DNA of 64,000 nucleotides from Christensenellaceae bacterium (GTDB lineage Bacteria > Bacillota > Clostridia > Christensenellales > UBA1750). Below are positions 48,464 to 57,698 of the stretch, one piece after another (within the stretch, counting starts at the first letter, position 1; each line of letters begins with the position of its first letter). A model generated the notes under the pieces. The model saw only the letters and a program-made list of their open reading frames with translations. It had not been told where the DNA came from and made no database searches. Position numbers and translations under genes: made by a program. The stretch covers positions 1,656 through 65,655 of the forward strand of contig JAITGM010000022.1 in NCBI GenBank assembly GCA_031280685.1. The letters run 5' to 3'.

Positions 48464-49738
48464 TTACCCCCTCTTGATGTAGGCAGACCGCTCGGGCCCG
48501 ACGGAAACATACTCGATCGGCACGCCGATCTTCTCTTCCACGAAGGCGATATAGTCGCGCGCAGCCCGGGGAAGCTCCTCCTCGCTGCGGCAGGCGGAAA
48601 TGTCTTCCTTCCAGCCGGGCAGGGTTCGCAAAATCGGCTTGGCGCGGGTCAATTTGGCGCCGTAGGGGAAATCCGTGACGCGTTCGCCGTCGATCTCATA
48701 GGCCACGCAGACCCGAATCTCGTCCATGAACGAGAGCACGTCGAGCAGGGTCAGCGCGATGGAATCCGCGCCCTGCACCCTGGCGCCATAGGCCGTGGCC
48801 ACCGCGTCAAAGGCGCCCACGCGCCTTGGCCTGCCCGTGGCCGCGCCATATTCGTGCCCGGCCTCGCGCAGGGCATGCGCCTCTTCGCCGAAGAACTCGG
48901 CCACGAAGGGGCCTTCGCCCACGCAGCTTGAATAGGCCTTGGCCACGCCCAGCGTTTTCTCTACGCGCAGGTTGGGCGCGCCCGCCCCGATTGGCGCGTA
49001 GGCGGCCAGGGTCTGCGAAGACGTGGTGTAGGGGTAGATGCCAAAATCGATGTCGCGCAGGGTGCCTAGCTGGGCCTCAAAAAGGATCTCCTTGCCCTGG
49101 CTTGCTGCGTCGGTCAGGAAGCGGCCCGCGTCGATGACGTGCTTTTGAAGGGGCAGGGCGTAGGTTTTGAGCCAATCCAGGGTTTCGTCAAGGGAGATCC
49201 CCTCCGCGCCATACACGCCGGACACGCTGAGGTTCTTCCACTCGATCAAGCCCTTCATGGTCTTTACAAGGGCATCCCAATCGCCCAAGTCGCCGAAGCG
49301 AATGGCCTTTTTCATGTATTTATCACCATAGACGTAGGCGATGCCACGCCTGGTGGAGCCGAACTTGGCGTCGCCCAGACGGTCTTCCTCCAAGCCGTCC
49401 ATCAGGACGTGATAGGGCAGGCAGATCACCGCGCGGTCGCTGATTTTTAGGTTGTTTTCGTCGATGGTCACGCCCTTTTCGCGCAGGGACGCGATTTCGC
49501 CGGCGAGGTGCCGGGCATCCACCACCATGCCGGTGCCAAGCAGGTTGACGCAGGCTGGGTTGAAGATGCCGCAAGGGATGAGGTTCAGGGCGAACTTGCC
49601 CAGGGGGTTGACCACGGTATGGCCCGCGTTGTTGCCGCCCTGGTAGCGCACCACGATATCCGCCTGCTGGGCGTGCAGATCGACCATCCTGCCCTTGCCT
49701 TCATCGCCCCAGTTCACCCCGACGATTGCCTTCAGCAT
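48464..49738 (-). CDS. purA: Adenylosuccinate synthetase
   Basis: WGDEGKG, GGNNAGHT, GSTRRGI, GIYPYTTSS, EYGAATGRPRRVG, VSVGPER. Confidence 0.96.
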   Translation of the reverse strand: MLKAIVGVNWGDEGKGRMVDLHAQQADIVVRYQGGNNAGHTVVNPLGKFALNLIPCGIFNPACVNLLGTGMVVDARHLAGEIASLREKGVTIDENNLKISDRAVICLPYHVLMDGLEEDRLGDAKFGSTRRGIAYVYGDKYMKKAIRFGDLGDWDALVKTMKGLIEWKNLSVSGVYGAEGISLDETLDWLKTYALPLQKHVIDAGRFLTDAASQGKEILFEAQLGTLRDIDFGIYPYTTSSQTLAAYAPIGAGAPNLRVEKTLGVAKAYSSCVGEGPFVAEFFGEEAHALREAGHEYGAATGRPRRVGAFDAVATAYGARVQGADSIALTLLDVLSFMDEIRVCVAYEIDGERVTDFPYGAKLTRAKPILRTLPGWKEDISACRSEEELPRAARDYIAFVEEKIGVPIEYVSVGPERSAYIKRG

Positions 49739-49765
49739 GAATTTCTCCCCCCTTCAATTGAGTTG

Positions 49766-51274
49766 TTATTCGCCCGCGTGCTTAATGCCCAGGATCTCAA
49801 GCTCCTTTTCGCTCAGGCCCACGCCGCGGAGCATCAAGCGGTTGCCGCGCAGGGATTCGATTGCGTTGATGCCCATGCCGCCCATCATTTCCATGATCTC
49901 GTGCTCCCAGGCGTGGACGAGGTTGACCAGGCGCTGGTAGCCGATATCGGGATTCAGGCGGCGAACCAGATCGGCCCGCTGGGTGGCGATGCCCCAGTTG
50001 CACTTGCCCACCTGGCAGGCACGGCAGAGGTGGCAGCCAAGGGCGATGAGCGCGGCCGAAGCGATATACACAGCGTCGGCCCCCAGGGCGATGGCTTTGA
50101 TCACATCGGCGCTTGATCTGACCGAGCCGCCGATGACCAGGGAGATATTGTTGCGAATGCCCTCGTCGCGCAGGCGCTTATCGACGGCGGCCAGCGCAAG
50201 CTCGATGGGGATGCCCACGTTATCGCGGATGCGGGTAGGCGCCGCGCCGGTCCCGCCGCGGAAGCCGTCGATGGCGATAATGTCGGCCCCACTCCTTGCG
50301 ATGCCGGAGGCGATGGCCGCCACGTTATGCACCGCCGCGATCTTGACGATGACCGGCTTTTCGTAGTTCGTGGCCTCTTTTAAGGAGTGCACGAGCTGGT
50401 GCAGATCCTCGATGGAATAAATATCGTGGTGCGGCGCCGGGGAAATCGCGTCGGTTCCTTCCGGAATCATTCTGGTGCGCGAAACTTCGGCGTTGATCTT
50501 TTCGCCGGGGAGATGCCCGCCAATGCCGGGCTTTGCGCCCTGGCCCATCTTGATTTCGATGGCGGCTGCGGCGTTTAAATACTCGGGGTGCACGCCGAAG
50601 CGACCGGAGGCCACCTGCACGATGGTGTTTTTATCGTAGCGGTAAAAGTCCTGATGCAGGCCGCCTTCGCCGGTGTTATAGAAGGTGCCCAGGGCCTCCG
50701 CCGCCCGCGCCAGGGACTCGTGCGCGTTGTAGGAAATGGAGCCGTAGCTCATGGCCGAAAAGAGGATGGGCACATTGAGCTTGAGCTGCGGGGCCGTCTT
50801 GGTGATGATCTTGCCATTGGGGCCGCGCTTGATCTCAACGCTCTTCTTGCCAAGGAAGGTGACGCCCTCCATCGGCTCGCGCAGCGGGTCGATGGAGGGG
50901 TTGGTGACCTGGGAGGCGTTGATGAGGATCTTATCCCAATAGACGGGGAAATCCTCGGGGTTGCCCATGGAAGAAAGCAGCACGCCGCCGGTCGCTGCCT
51001 GGCGGTAGATCTCCTCAATCTTGTTTTGCTGCCAGTTGTGGTTCTTTTTAAAGGCGTTGGTGGTCGGCTCGATCTTCAGCGCGCGGGTAGGGCAGAGCGA
51101 AACGCAACGCTGGCAATTGACGCAGTTATCGTCCTGGCTGACCATCATTTTCAGCTCCTGGTCGTAGTGGTGCACCTCGTTGGCGCACTGCTGCTGGCAG
51201 GCGCGGCAGCTTATGCAGCGATTTTGGTTGCGGGCGACCTCGTAGGCAGGGTAGATATAGTGAATGCCTGGCAT
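49766..51274 (-). CDS. Archaeal-type glutamate synthase FMN-binding subunit with N-terminal 2x[4Fe-4S]
   Basis: MSYGSIS, NTGEGG, QVASGRFG, EIKMGQGAKPGIGGHLPGEK, ISPAPHHDIYSIEDL, CHLCRACQVGKCNWGIATQ. Confidence 0.95.
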   Translation of the reverse strand: MPGIHYIYPAYEVARNQNRCISCRACQQQCANEVHHYDQELKMMVSQDDNCVNCQRCVSLCPTRALKIEPTTNAFKKNHNWQQNKIEEIYRQAATGGVLLSSMGNPEDFPVYWDKILINASQVTNPSIDPLREPMEGVTFLGKKSVEIKRGPNGKIITKTAPQLKLNVPILFSAMSYGSISYNAHESLARAAEALGTFYNTGEGGLHQDFYRYDKNTIVQVASGRFGVHPEYLNAAAAIEIKMGQGAKPGIGGHLPGEKINAEVSRTRMIPEGTDAISPAPHHDIYSIEDLHQLVHSLKEATNYEKPVIVKIAAVHNVAAIASGIARSGADIIAIDGFRGGTGAAPTRIRDNVGIPIELALAAVDKRLRDEGIRNNISLVIGGSVRSSADVIKAIALGADAVYIASAALIALGCHLCRACQVGKCNWGIATQRADLVRRLNPDIGYQRLVNLVHAWEHEIMEMMGGMGINAIESLRGNRLMLRGVGLSEKELEILGIKHAGE

Positions 51275-51277
51275 GAT

Positions 51278-52366
51278 CTAGTTCCCCCTTTGGCCTGTGG
51301 TGATGATGACCGGCTCGCCGCCCACCGGCGACCAGATTTTTACGTCCTCCTCAAGCACGCGGATGGCGCACTCCTCGCTAGAGATGTAGGTGCGGCTCTT
51401 TCCCTCGCCCACGACCATGGAACGGAGCTTGAGCCTGTCGTTCAGGGCCATCAGGCCGCCGCTGAAGCCGTAAAGGATCGAAAACGGCCCGGTGATGAGC
51501 AGGCTTGGGAACATCGAGCGCAAATAGGTCAGTTCCTCGCGCTCTTCCTTCTCCATCAGCTCGATTTTTTCCCAAAAGGGCGCCGCGATGACCTTTGAAG
51601 CCTCGGTGAGCGTCAATCCCTGCCGCCTAGTTAAGAAATCGAGGATGTAGGTGATGACCTCGGTGTCTGTCAGCAAGGTGCAGGCATAGCCGAACATTTC
51701 GATAAAGCGGCGGTTGGCGTCGTAGGACGAAATCTCGCCGTTGTGAACGATGGTAGAATCGAGCAGGGCAAAGGGGTGCGCGCCGCCCCACCAGCCCGGG
51801 GTGTTGGTCGGGTAGCGGCCGTGCGCCGTCCAGACCAGGCCCTCGTATTCGTCGAGCCTGTAGAATTCGCCCACGTCTTCCGGGTAGCCCACCGCCTTGA
51901 ACACGCCCATGTTCTTGCCCGATGAAAAGACGTAGGCGCCCTCGATCGTGCCGTTGATGGCAAAGGTCGCCCGCACGACGAACTCCTTTTCATCAAGCTG
52001 GGAAACGGCGAGCTTATCGGGCCTGGGCTTTGCGAAATAGCGCCAAATCAGCGGCTCCGAAGTGATGTTCTTGTGCTTTTTGGTAGGGATGACGCCGCTT
52101 TCCTGCACCTCGAAATGATCGAGCAGAAACCTTTCGCCGCGAAGCCTGGCCGCCTCATCGTCAAAGATGAGGTGCAGGGCGTATTCGTCCCTGTGCTTTG
52201 GGTAGATGCCGTAGCCCGCAAAGCCGCCGCCCAGGCCGTTCGATCTGTCGTGCATCGTGGCGATGGAGCGGATCATCTCGCCTCCGCTGATGGGCCTGCC
52301 GTCGTGCGAAACGACGCCCGAAATGGCACAGCCCGCAGGGATGCGCTCTTGCCCCTCTCTGATCAT
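51278..52366 (-). CDS. Class II glutamine amidotransferase (glutamate synthase amidotransferase subunit)
   Basis: Propeptide then N-terminal nucleophile GCAISG; HGRYPTN, AHPF, HNGEI, TDTE, DRLKLR. AAGGAGG RBS fixes the start at 52366. Confidence 0.92.
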   Translation of the reverse strand: MIREGQERIPAGCAISGVVSHDGRPISGGEMIRSIATMHDRSNGLGGGFAGYGIYPKHRDEYALHLIFDDEAARLRGERFLLDHFEVQESGVIPTKKHKNITSEPLIWRYFAKPRPDKLAVSQLDEKEFVVRATFAINGTIEGAYVFSSGKNMGVFKAVGYPEDVGEFYRLDEYEGLVWTAHGRYPTNTPGWWGGAHPFALLDSTIVHNGEISSYDANRRFIEMFGYACTLLTDTEVITYILDFLTRRQGLTLTEASKVIAAPFWEKIELMEKEEREELTYLRSMFPSLLITGPFSILYGFSGGLMALNDRLKLRSMVVGEGKSRTYISSEECAIRVLEEDVKIWSPVGGEPVIITTGQRGN

Positions 52367-52592
52367 GGAACACCCTCCTTGAGTTGACTTGGGGGAAAGG
52401 GCCCGCGCCCTTGCCCGTACCGGGTTGTTTAAAGGAGACGCGGCCTCGTTTTTTCTTGATTCGGGAATCCGCCGCCGGCGAACTGCCCCGAGAAAGGGGC
52501 TTGCCTTGCATTTTGGGCTGTTTGGCCATAAAAAGCGTTTCCGGGAAGGAAAGAAGGCCGAAAGCCGGAATTCGCGACTGAAACCCAAAAGT

Positions 52593-52621
52593 AGTTTAGG
52601 GGCAATCGCGGAACTTGTCAA
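52593..52621 (-). promoter_or_regulatory. Promoter of the glutamate synthase/purA operon
   Basis: Minus strand TTGACA (52621-52616), 17 bp, TAAACT (52598-52593). Confidence 0.7.
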
Positions 52622-52653
52622 TGTGTGAGGAAGCGGCTCTCTGTTATCTTTCT

Positions 52654-52693
52654 GCAAATCTGCAGGATGGCACCGATCATCCTGCAGATTTGC
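52654..52693. promoter_or_regulatory. 16-bp perfect inverted repeat centred between divergent promoters; candidate operator
   Basis: GCAAATCTGCAGGATG-N8-CATCCTGCAGATTTGC. Confidence 0.55.
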
Positions 52694-52727
52694 GTTGTTA
52701 TTTCCATATTAACCGCCAAACTGGGGG

Positions 52728-52756
52728 TTGACGTCCCCCTTTCGCCGGCGTATACT
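52728..52756 (+). promoter_or_regulatory. Promoter of type III glnA
   Basis: TTGACG (52728-52733), 17 bp, TATACT (52751-52756). Confidence 0.75.
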
Positions 52757-52765
52757 GCTTTTAAC

Positions 52766-52823
52766 CAGCAAAGACGCTGAAGCATGGCCTTGGTCTGTGC
52801 CTTTCAGGTCTTTTTTGTTTTTT
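52766..52823 (+). promoter_or_regulatory. Putative ANTAR-type attenuator in the type III glnA leader
   Basis: CAGC-AAAGAC-GCTG (52766-52779) overlaps the terminator stem 52773-52810, which is followed by TTTTTTGTTTTTT. Confidence 0.75.
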
Positions 52824-52865
52824 CTAAGGTCAACGATGAAAATTTCGAGTTTGGAGGAAGGTCAA

Positions 52866-54959
52866 ATGACGAAAGTCCCCGAGTTGTTCGGCAGCCTGGT
52901 CTTCGATGAATCGACGATGCGCGAGCTACTGCCCAAGGATGCCTATAGGGCTCTGAAGGCCGCGATCGCCCAAAGCAAACCCCTCACCCCCGATGTAGCG
53001 AACGTAGTCGCCGCCGCGATGAAGAGCTGGGCCCTTGAAAAGGGCGCGACCCACTTCACCCACTGGTTCCAGCCGATGACCGGCATCACCGCCGAAAAGC
53101 ACGATTCCTTCATCTCCCCCACGGGCGATGGCCGCGTCATCATGGAGTTTTCGGGCAAGGAACTCATCAAGGGCGAGCCCGACGCCTCCTCCTTCCCCTC
53201 GGGCGGCCTGCGCGCCACCTTCGAGGCCCGCGGCTACACCGCCTGGGATCCTTCCTCCTTTGCCTTCATCAAGGATAACACGCTCTGCATCCCCACAGCG
53301 TTCTGCTCCTATTCGGGCGAGGCGCTCGATAAGAAGACCCCCCTCCTGCGCTCGATGGAGGCGGTTTCCAGGCAGGCCGTGCGCGTCTTGCACCTACTGG
53401 GCAAGACCCAGGTTAAAAACGTCAAGTCCACCGTTGGCGCCGAGCAGGAATACTTCCTGATCGACAAGGAAGTCTACCTCAAGCGCAAGGATCTCATCTA
53501 CACCGGCCGCACGCTCTTCGGCGCGGAGCCGCCCAAGGGCCAGCAGCTCGAAGACCACTACTTCGGCGCGATCAAACCCCGCGTGGCCGCCTTCATGCAG
53601 GAGCTGGACGAGGAGCTTTGGAAGCTCGGCGTGCCCTCGAAGACCCGCCATAACGAGGTCGCCCCGGCCCAGCACGAGATGGCCCCGGTCTTTAACACCA
53701 CCAACGTCGCCACAGACCAAAATCAGCTCGCTATGGAGCTGATGAAAAAGGTCGCGGCACGCCACGGTATGGTCTGCCTCCTGCACGAAAAGCCCTTCGC
53801 GGGCGTCAACGGCTCGGGCAAGCACAACAACTGGTCCCTTTCGACCGACAGCGGCGAAAACCTCCTCGATCCGGGCTCTACCCCCTATGAAAACGCTCAA
53901 TTCCTGCTCTTTTTGGCAGCGGTGATCAAGGCCGTGGATGACCACCAGGATCTTTTGCGCGTTTCCGTCGCCTCGGCCGGCAACGACCACCGCCTGGGCG
54001 CCAACGAAGCGCCGCCCGCCATCGTGTCGATGTTCCTGGGCGACGAGCTCACCGGCATTCTCGAAGCCATCGAGCAGGGCTCGGGCTACAACTCGAAGGC
54101 CTCCTCAGAAATCGCCATCGGCGCCGATGTGCTGCCCACCTTCCCGCGCGACAACACCGACCGCAACCGCACTTCGCCCTTTGCCTTCACCGGCAACAAG
54201 TTCGAGTTCCGCATGCTGGGCTCCTCGTTCTCGGTGGCGGACTCCAACACCGTGCTCAACACCATCGTGGCCGAGGCGCTTTCGCTCTTTGCGGCCGATC
54301 TTGAAAAGGCTTCCGACATCAACGCGGCCATCGCGGACATTGTGGCCCGCACGATGAAGGAGCATAAGCGCATCATTTTCAACGGCAATAACTACGCGGC
54401 CGAATGGGTTGTGGAGGCAGAAAAGCGCGGCCTGCTCAACCTGCGCTCCACGCCCGAAGCCCTCAAGCGCTTCGCGACCGAGCAAAACGCCAAGCTGTTC
54501 GAAAAGCATGGCGTGCTCAGCCGCACGGAGCTGCACTCCAGGCAGGAAATCTTCTTCGAAGGCTATTCGAAGATCATCGCCATCGAGGCTAGCTGCCTGG
54601 TTTCCATCACCCGCAAGCGCTTGCTGCCCGCAGTTCTTGAGTATTCCAAGGAGCTGGCGGCCACCGCCTTGGCCAAAAAGCAGCTCTCGCAAGCCATCGA
54701 CACCGGCGTAGAGGAAAGGCAGGTCACCAAGCTTTCGGCCCTGGCCACCAAGCTGGACGAGAAGCTGAACCAGCTCATCACCGCCATTGCAGACAGCGAA
54801 AAGCTCAGCGACGGCGCCGAGCTTGCGGACTTTTCGCACGATAAGGTCTTTGCCTCGATGGAGGCTCTCCGCATCGTGATCGACGAGGTCGAGCTGATCG
54901 TGGCCAAGAAATATTGGCCGGTGCCCACCTACGGCGATCTGCTTTTCAGCGTGCAGTAA
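52866..54959 (+). CDS. glnA: Glutamine synthetase type III
   Basis: About 697 aa; [89 protein letters not shown]; GGAGG RBS. Confidence 0.96.
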   Translation: MTKVPELFGSLVFDESTMRELLPKDAYRALKAAIAQSKPLTPDVANVVAAAMKSWALEKGATHFTHWFQPMTGITAEKHDSFISPTGDGRVIMEFSGKELIKGEPDASSFPSGGLRATFEARGYTAWDPSSFAFIKDNTLCIPTAFCSYSGEALDKKTPLLRSMEAVSRQAVRVLHLLGKTQVKNVKSTVGAEQEYFLIDKEVYLKRKDLIYTGRTLFGAEPPKGQQLEDHYFGAIKPRVAAFMQELDEELWKLGVPSKTRHNEVAPAQHEMAPVFNTTNVATDQNQLAMELMKKVAARHGMVCLLHEKPFAGVNGSGKHNNWSLSTDSGENLLDPGSTPYENAQFLLFLAAVIKAVDDHQDLLRVSVASAGNDHRLGANEAPPAIVSMFLGDELTGILEAIEQGSGYNSKASSEIAIGADVLPTFPRDNTDRNRTSPFAFTGNKFEFRMLGSSFSVADSNTVLNTIVAEALSLFAADLEKASDINAAIADIVARTMKEHKRIIFNGNNYAAEWVVEAEKRGLLNLRSTPEALKRFATEQNAKLFEKHGVLSRTELHSRQEIFFEGYSKIIAIEASCLVSITRKRLLPAVLEYSKELAATALAKKQLSQAIDTGVEERQVTKLSALATKLDEKLNQLITAIADSEKLSDGAELADFSHDKVFASMEALRIVIDEVELIVAKKYWPVPTYGDLLFSVQ

Positions 54960-55031
54960 GCCAGCCACAAAAACGCCGTTGGCGGCGCTTCGCGCCGCCA
55001 ACGAGGGGCCTACCGCCCGCTTACGCGGGCT

Positions 55032-55099
55032 AGCCGCAAAGCAAAGAGGAAGCCGCACGGGGCTATGCCACCGTGCGGCTTCCTCTTTGCTTTGCGGCT
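55032..55099. repeat. 29-bp perfect inverted repeat between convergent genes (a 12-bp hairpin lies at 54977-55003)
   Basis: AGCCGCAAAGCAAAGAGGAAGCCGCACGG-N10-CCGTGCGGCTTCCTCTTTGCTTTGCGGCT. Confidence 0.8.
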
Positions 55100-55184
55100 G
55101 GGCGGCTTCGCCGCCCGGTGGGCCCCCCTGGAGCCTCGTTCGAGCTTGCATCAAAAAACGCGGCGCCTCCGCCGGGCGGAGCGC

Positions 55185-56612
55185 TCAGGCGCCCATCAGG
55201 GCTTGAAGCGCTTCAAGCAGCGCATCTTCAGCGCCGACGTTGCCGGGGAAGATCACCAGCGGCAGGCCGGGGAAGCGGCTGCCCTCGCCCGTCTGCCAGA
55301 CGGGCACGCCGGGCAGGATCTGCCCCAAAACCGTCGCCTTTTCAACCCGTAGCGCCTTCACGCCGATTTCGCTGGAGGTGATGCCGCCCTTGGCGACCAA
55401 GAAGCCCGGTCGTACGGGGAGCTCCGCCACGATTGAGGTCAGCGCGTCCGCGATTTGGAGCGAAAGCCTGAGCTTTTCCTCGGCATTGAAGCCCTCTGGC
55501 GCGACGAGCTGCCGCGAGGTGTAGACCACGGCGCTCTCGCCCTTGGCGATGAGAGAGGCGCAGCCCTCGCGAATCCGCATGGCTTGCTCCATGAGGCCGC
55601 CACTCAGCGCCAGGGAGGCGTCGAGCTCGAAGAAATAGAGCGGCAGGGTGCTTTGGCGCAGGGCTTCGAGCTGCGCCGTGGTCTTTTGCACGTGGGAGCC
55701 GACGACAACAAGGCCGCCGCCGCGTTCGCCGGGCAAGCGCATTTCACCACGGGTTAAAAGTGGCTTTTCGGCGATCATCCCCAACGCCTTGGGCACGGCG
55801 GCCGCCGTGCGCAGCAGGAATTCCTTACCGGCCGCGAAGGCGCGCAGGAGCGCCGCGCAAAAGGCCCAAACGTCGGCGTCCGCGCAGGCGTTGACGATGA
55901 CCTTTTGAAACCCTTCCACTTTAAGAAGCTTATTTGCGATGCCCTCGATATCGAGCGCGCGCAGCTCACCCAACGAGACCGAAACGCAGCCCTCGGCCGC
56001 AAAGCGCCCGGCCGTCTTTTCCTCGACCCAAGCCTTGAGGTCTGAGGAGGCGTAGCCGAAGGTCTTATCCTTGGCGAACTCGGTTTCCCCGGCGGGCACG
56101 AGCATTTCGCCCTCGAGCACATAGTGGGTATCGCCATAGGTGAAGCGGCCACCCTCCTTAAAGTAGGGCAGCAAAACCTCGCCCGAAAAGAGCTTTTTCC
56201 CCTCGTTTTCGATGGTTTTGCGCAGGATTTCGGTTTCCATCGGATAATGGCCGCGCAGGGTCGAGTCGCTGCGGCTGATGAGCAGAAAATCCTTGCCCGT
56301 TTGGGCCGAAACCCGCACCAGATTGCGCGCGATTTGCTCGTGCAGGGCCTGCGATTCGGCCGCCGGCAGCCCGCGCGAGTTCGTAAGCAAAAAGAAGAGC
56401 GGCGAAGCTTCGACAAAGGCCTCGAGCAGAGCCTTTTCGCCAAACGAAGTGTAGACGCTCACGCCGTGCACGGTCTGCACGCCGGTGGGGTCGTCGTCGA
56501 GCACGACGATCTTGCGGCCGAAGACCTCGGCCTGGGCCTTGAGCAGGGCTAAGGCTTCGCTGGGCCTCTCGGCAGGCAGCTTCGCGAAGGCTTGGGCCTT
56601 CAAAAGGCTCAC
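55185..56612 (-). CDS. Four-carbon acid sugar kinase family protein (DUF1537)
   Basis: VVLDDDPTG, TNSRG, SRSDSTLRGH, VVGSHV..TT.Q, VAKGGITSS, FPGNVG. Confidence 0.92.
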   Translation of the reverse strand: MSLLKAQAFAKLPAERPSEALALLKAQAEVFGRKIVVLDDDPTGVQTVHGVSVYTSFGEKALLEAFVEASPLFFLLTNSRGLPAAESQALHEQIARNLVRVSAQTGKDFLLISRSDSTLRGHYPMETEILRKTIENEGKKLFSGEVLLPYFKEGGRFTYGDTHYVLEGEMLVPAGETEFAKDKTFGYASSDLKAWVEEKTAGRFAAEGCVSVSLGELRALDIEGIANKLLKVEGFQKVIVNACADADVWAFCAALLRAFAAGKEFLLRTAAAVPKALGMIAEKPLLTRGEMRLPGERGGGLVVVGSHVQKTTAQLEALRQSTLPLYFFELDASLALSGGLMEQAMRIREGCASLIAKGESAVVYTSRQLVAPEGFNAEEKLRLSLQIADALTSIVAELPVRPGFLVAKGGITSSEIGVKALRVEKATVLGQILPGVPVWQTGEGSRFPGLPLVIFPGNVGAEDALLEALQALMGA

Positions 56613-57268
56613 GCGCCGATGACCTCCTTGAGATATTCCACGCCGAGCCGGGGGCTAGAAAGCACCGGCTTTTCGATGTGCTTCAGGTAGGGCAGCAGCA
56701 CGACCATCGAGCCCTGCGCCAGTACGATCACGTCGTTTTCCTTTGCTGCGGCCTCGATCTCGCCCAAGACCATCTGGTTGTGCTTTTCGACGTTGCCCTC
56801 CTCGATGAGCACCATCATCGCGCCCTTAACCAGCCGAATATCGAGCTCAATTTCCTCGCCGGCTTCCTTCGCCGCGCTCTCAATCAGCCGCGAGCTGGGC
56901 CCCACGGTCGAGGCGACGGTGGCGATCATGGCGATCTTCTTGCCCAGGGAAACCGCCTTGCGGGCCATGGCTTCGTCGATCTTGACCACGGGCACGTCCA
57001 CAAAGGGGCGCAAACTATCCGCCACCTCGCCCACGGAGGAGCACTGGTTGAAGATCGCGTCCACGCCGAGGGATTCGGCCTGCTGGTAGTAGGAATACAT
57101 CCTGCGGCGCACGCCGTCGGTCGGCGCGCCGTTGGCGTTCACCTCGCGGATCAGGCTCTCGTCCACGATCTGGGTCACGGTCACATCCGGCATGATCTCG
57201 GCGCAAAGCGCCTTTAAAACCTCATAGGATACGAAGCTCGTTTCCACGATGGCGACGGATTTTCCCAT
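56609..57268 (-). CDS. Asp/Glu/hydantoin racemase-fold protein
   Basis: NQCSSVG, VPVVKIDEAM, IATVASTVGPS, DVIVLAQGSM; GGAGG RBS puts the start at 57268. Confidence 0.8.
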   Translation of the reverse strand: MGKSVAIVETSFVSYEVLKALCAEIMPDVTVTQIVDESLIREVNANGAPTDGVRRRMYSYYQQAESLGVDAIFNQCSSVGEVADSLRPFVDVPVVKIDEAMARKAVSLGKKIAMIATVASTVGPSSRLIESAAKEAGEEIELDIRLVKGAMMVLIEEGNVEKHNQMVLGEIEAAAKENDVIVLAQGSMVVLLPYLKHIEKPVLSSPRLGVEYLKEVIGA

Positions 57269-57444
57269 GTTGAGTTCCTCCCTTTGGCCTTGCGGCCTGT
57301 TTTGCTTCAAGTATACATCGCCCGGGGCCGGAAGGAAAGGGCGAAGTTCCCGCGCGGCTTTATTGGAAGGGTTTTGGCAATAAACGCAGAATTATTGAGG
57401 GCGAGAGAGGATTTTGCGGGGAGGAAATGCGGATGCCGGCATGA

Positions 57445-57627
57445 TTGCAGGCGGTTTTGGACTGGGCGGGGGACGACACGGCGAAGTGGACGCTGATTTG
57501 GACTGCATTCGCCGGAACGGTCGCGATGCTCGGCGGGGCGGTGGCGGGAATCGCCAAGGCCGCCGGGTTTTTCATCAAGCTGCGGCACGAGTGGAAGATA
57601 AAAGAGTGGGAAAAGGCCGAAAGATAG
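57445..57627 (+). pseudogene. Short single-TM ORF; probable detached N-terminus of the TPR gene
   Basis: 60 aa with a hydrophobic segment (WTLIWTAFAGTVAMLGGAVAGIA); stops 71 bp before the TPR ORF and out of frame with it. Confidence 0.4.
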
Positions 57628-57698
57628 GCCCAAAGGCCGTAATTCCTCTCGATTGAGCCAAGCCTTTCGCCTGCGCGGAAGGCCTTAAGCTTGGCCAA

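Noticed and set aside
52395-52420. GC-AAGGGC-GC hexaloop in the glutamate synthase leader (minus strand)
   Set aside because: Only a 2-bp stem and no clear T-tailed terminator
57654-57656. In-frame TGA before the TPR ORF as selenocysteine
   Set aside because: No redox motif context or recognisable SECIS; better explained as a deletion junction or non-coding sequence
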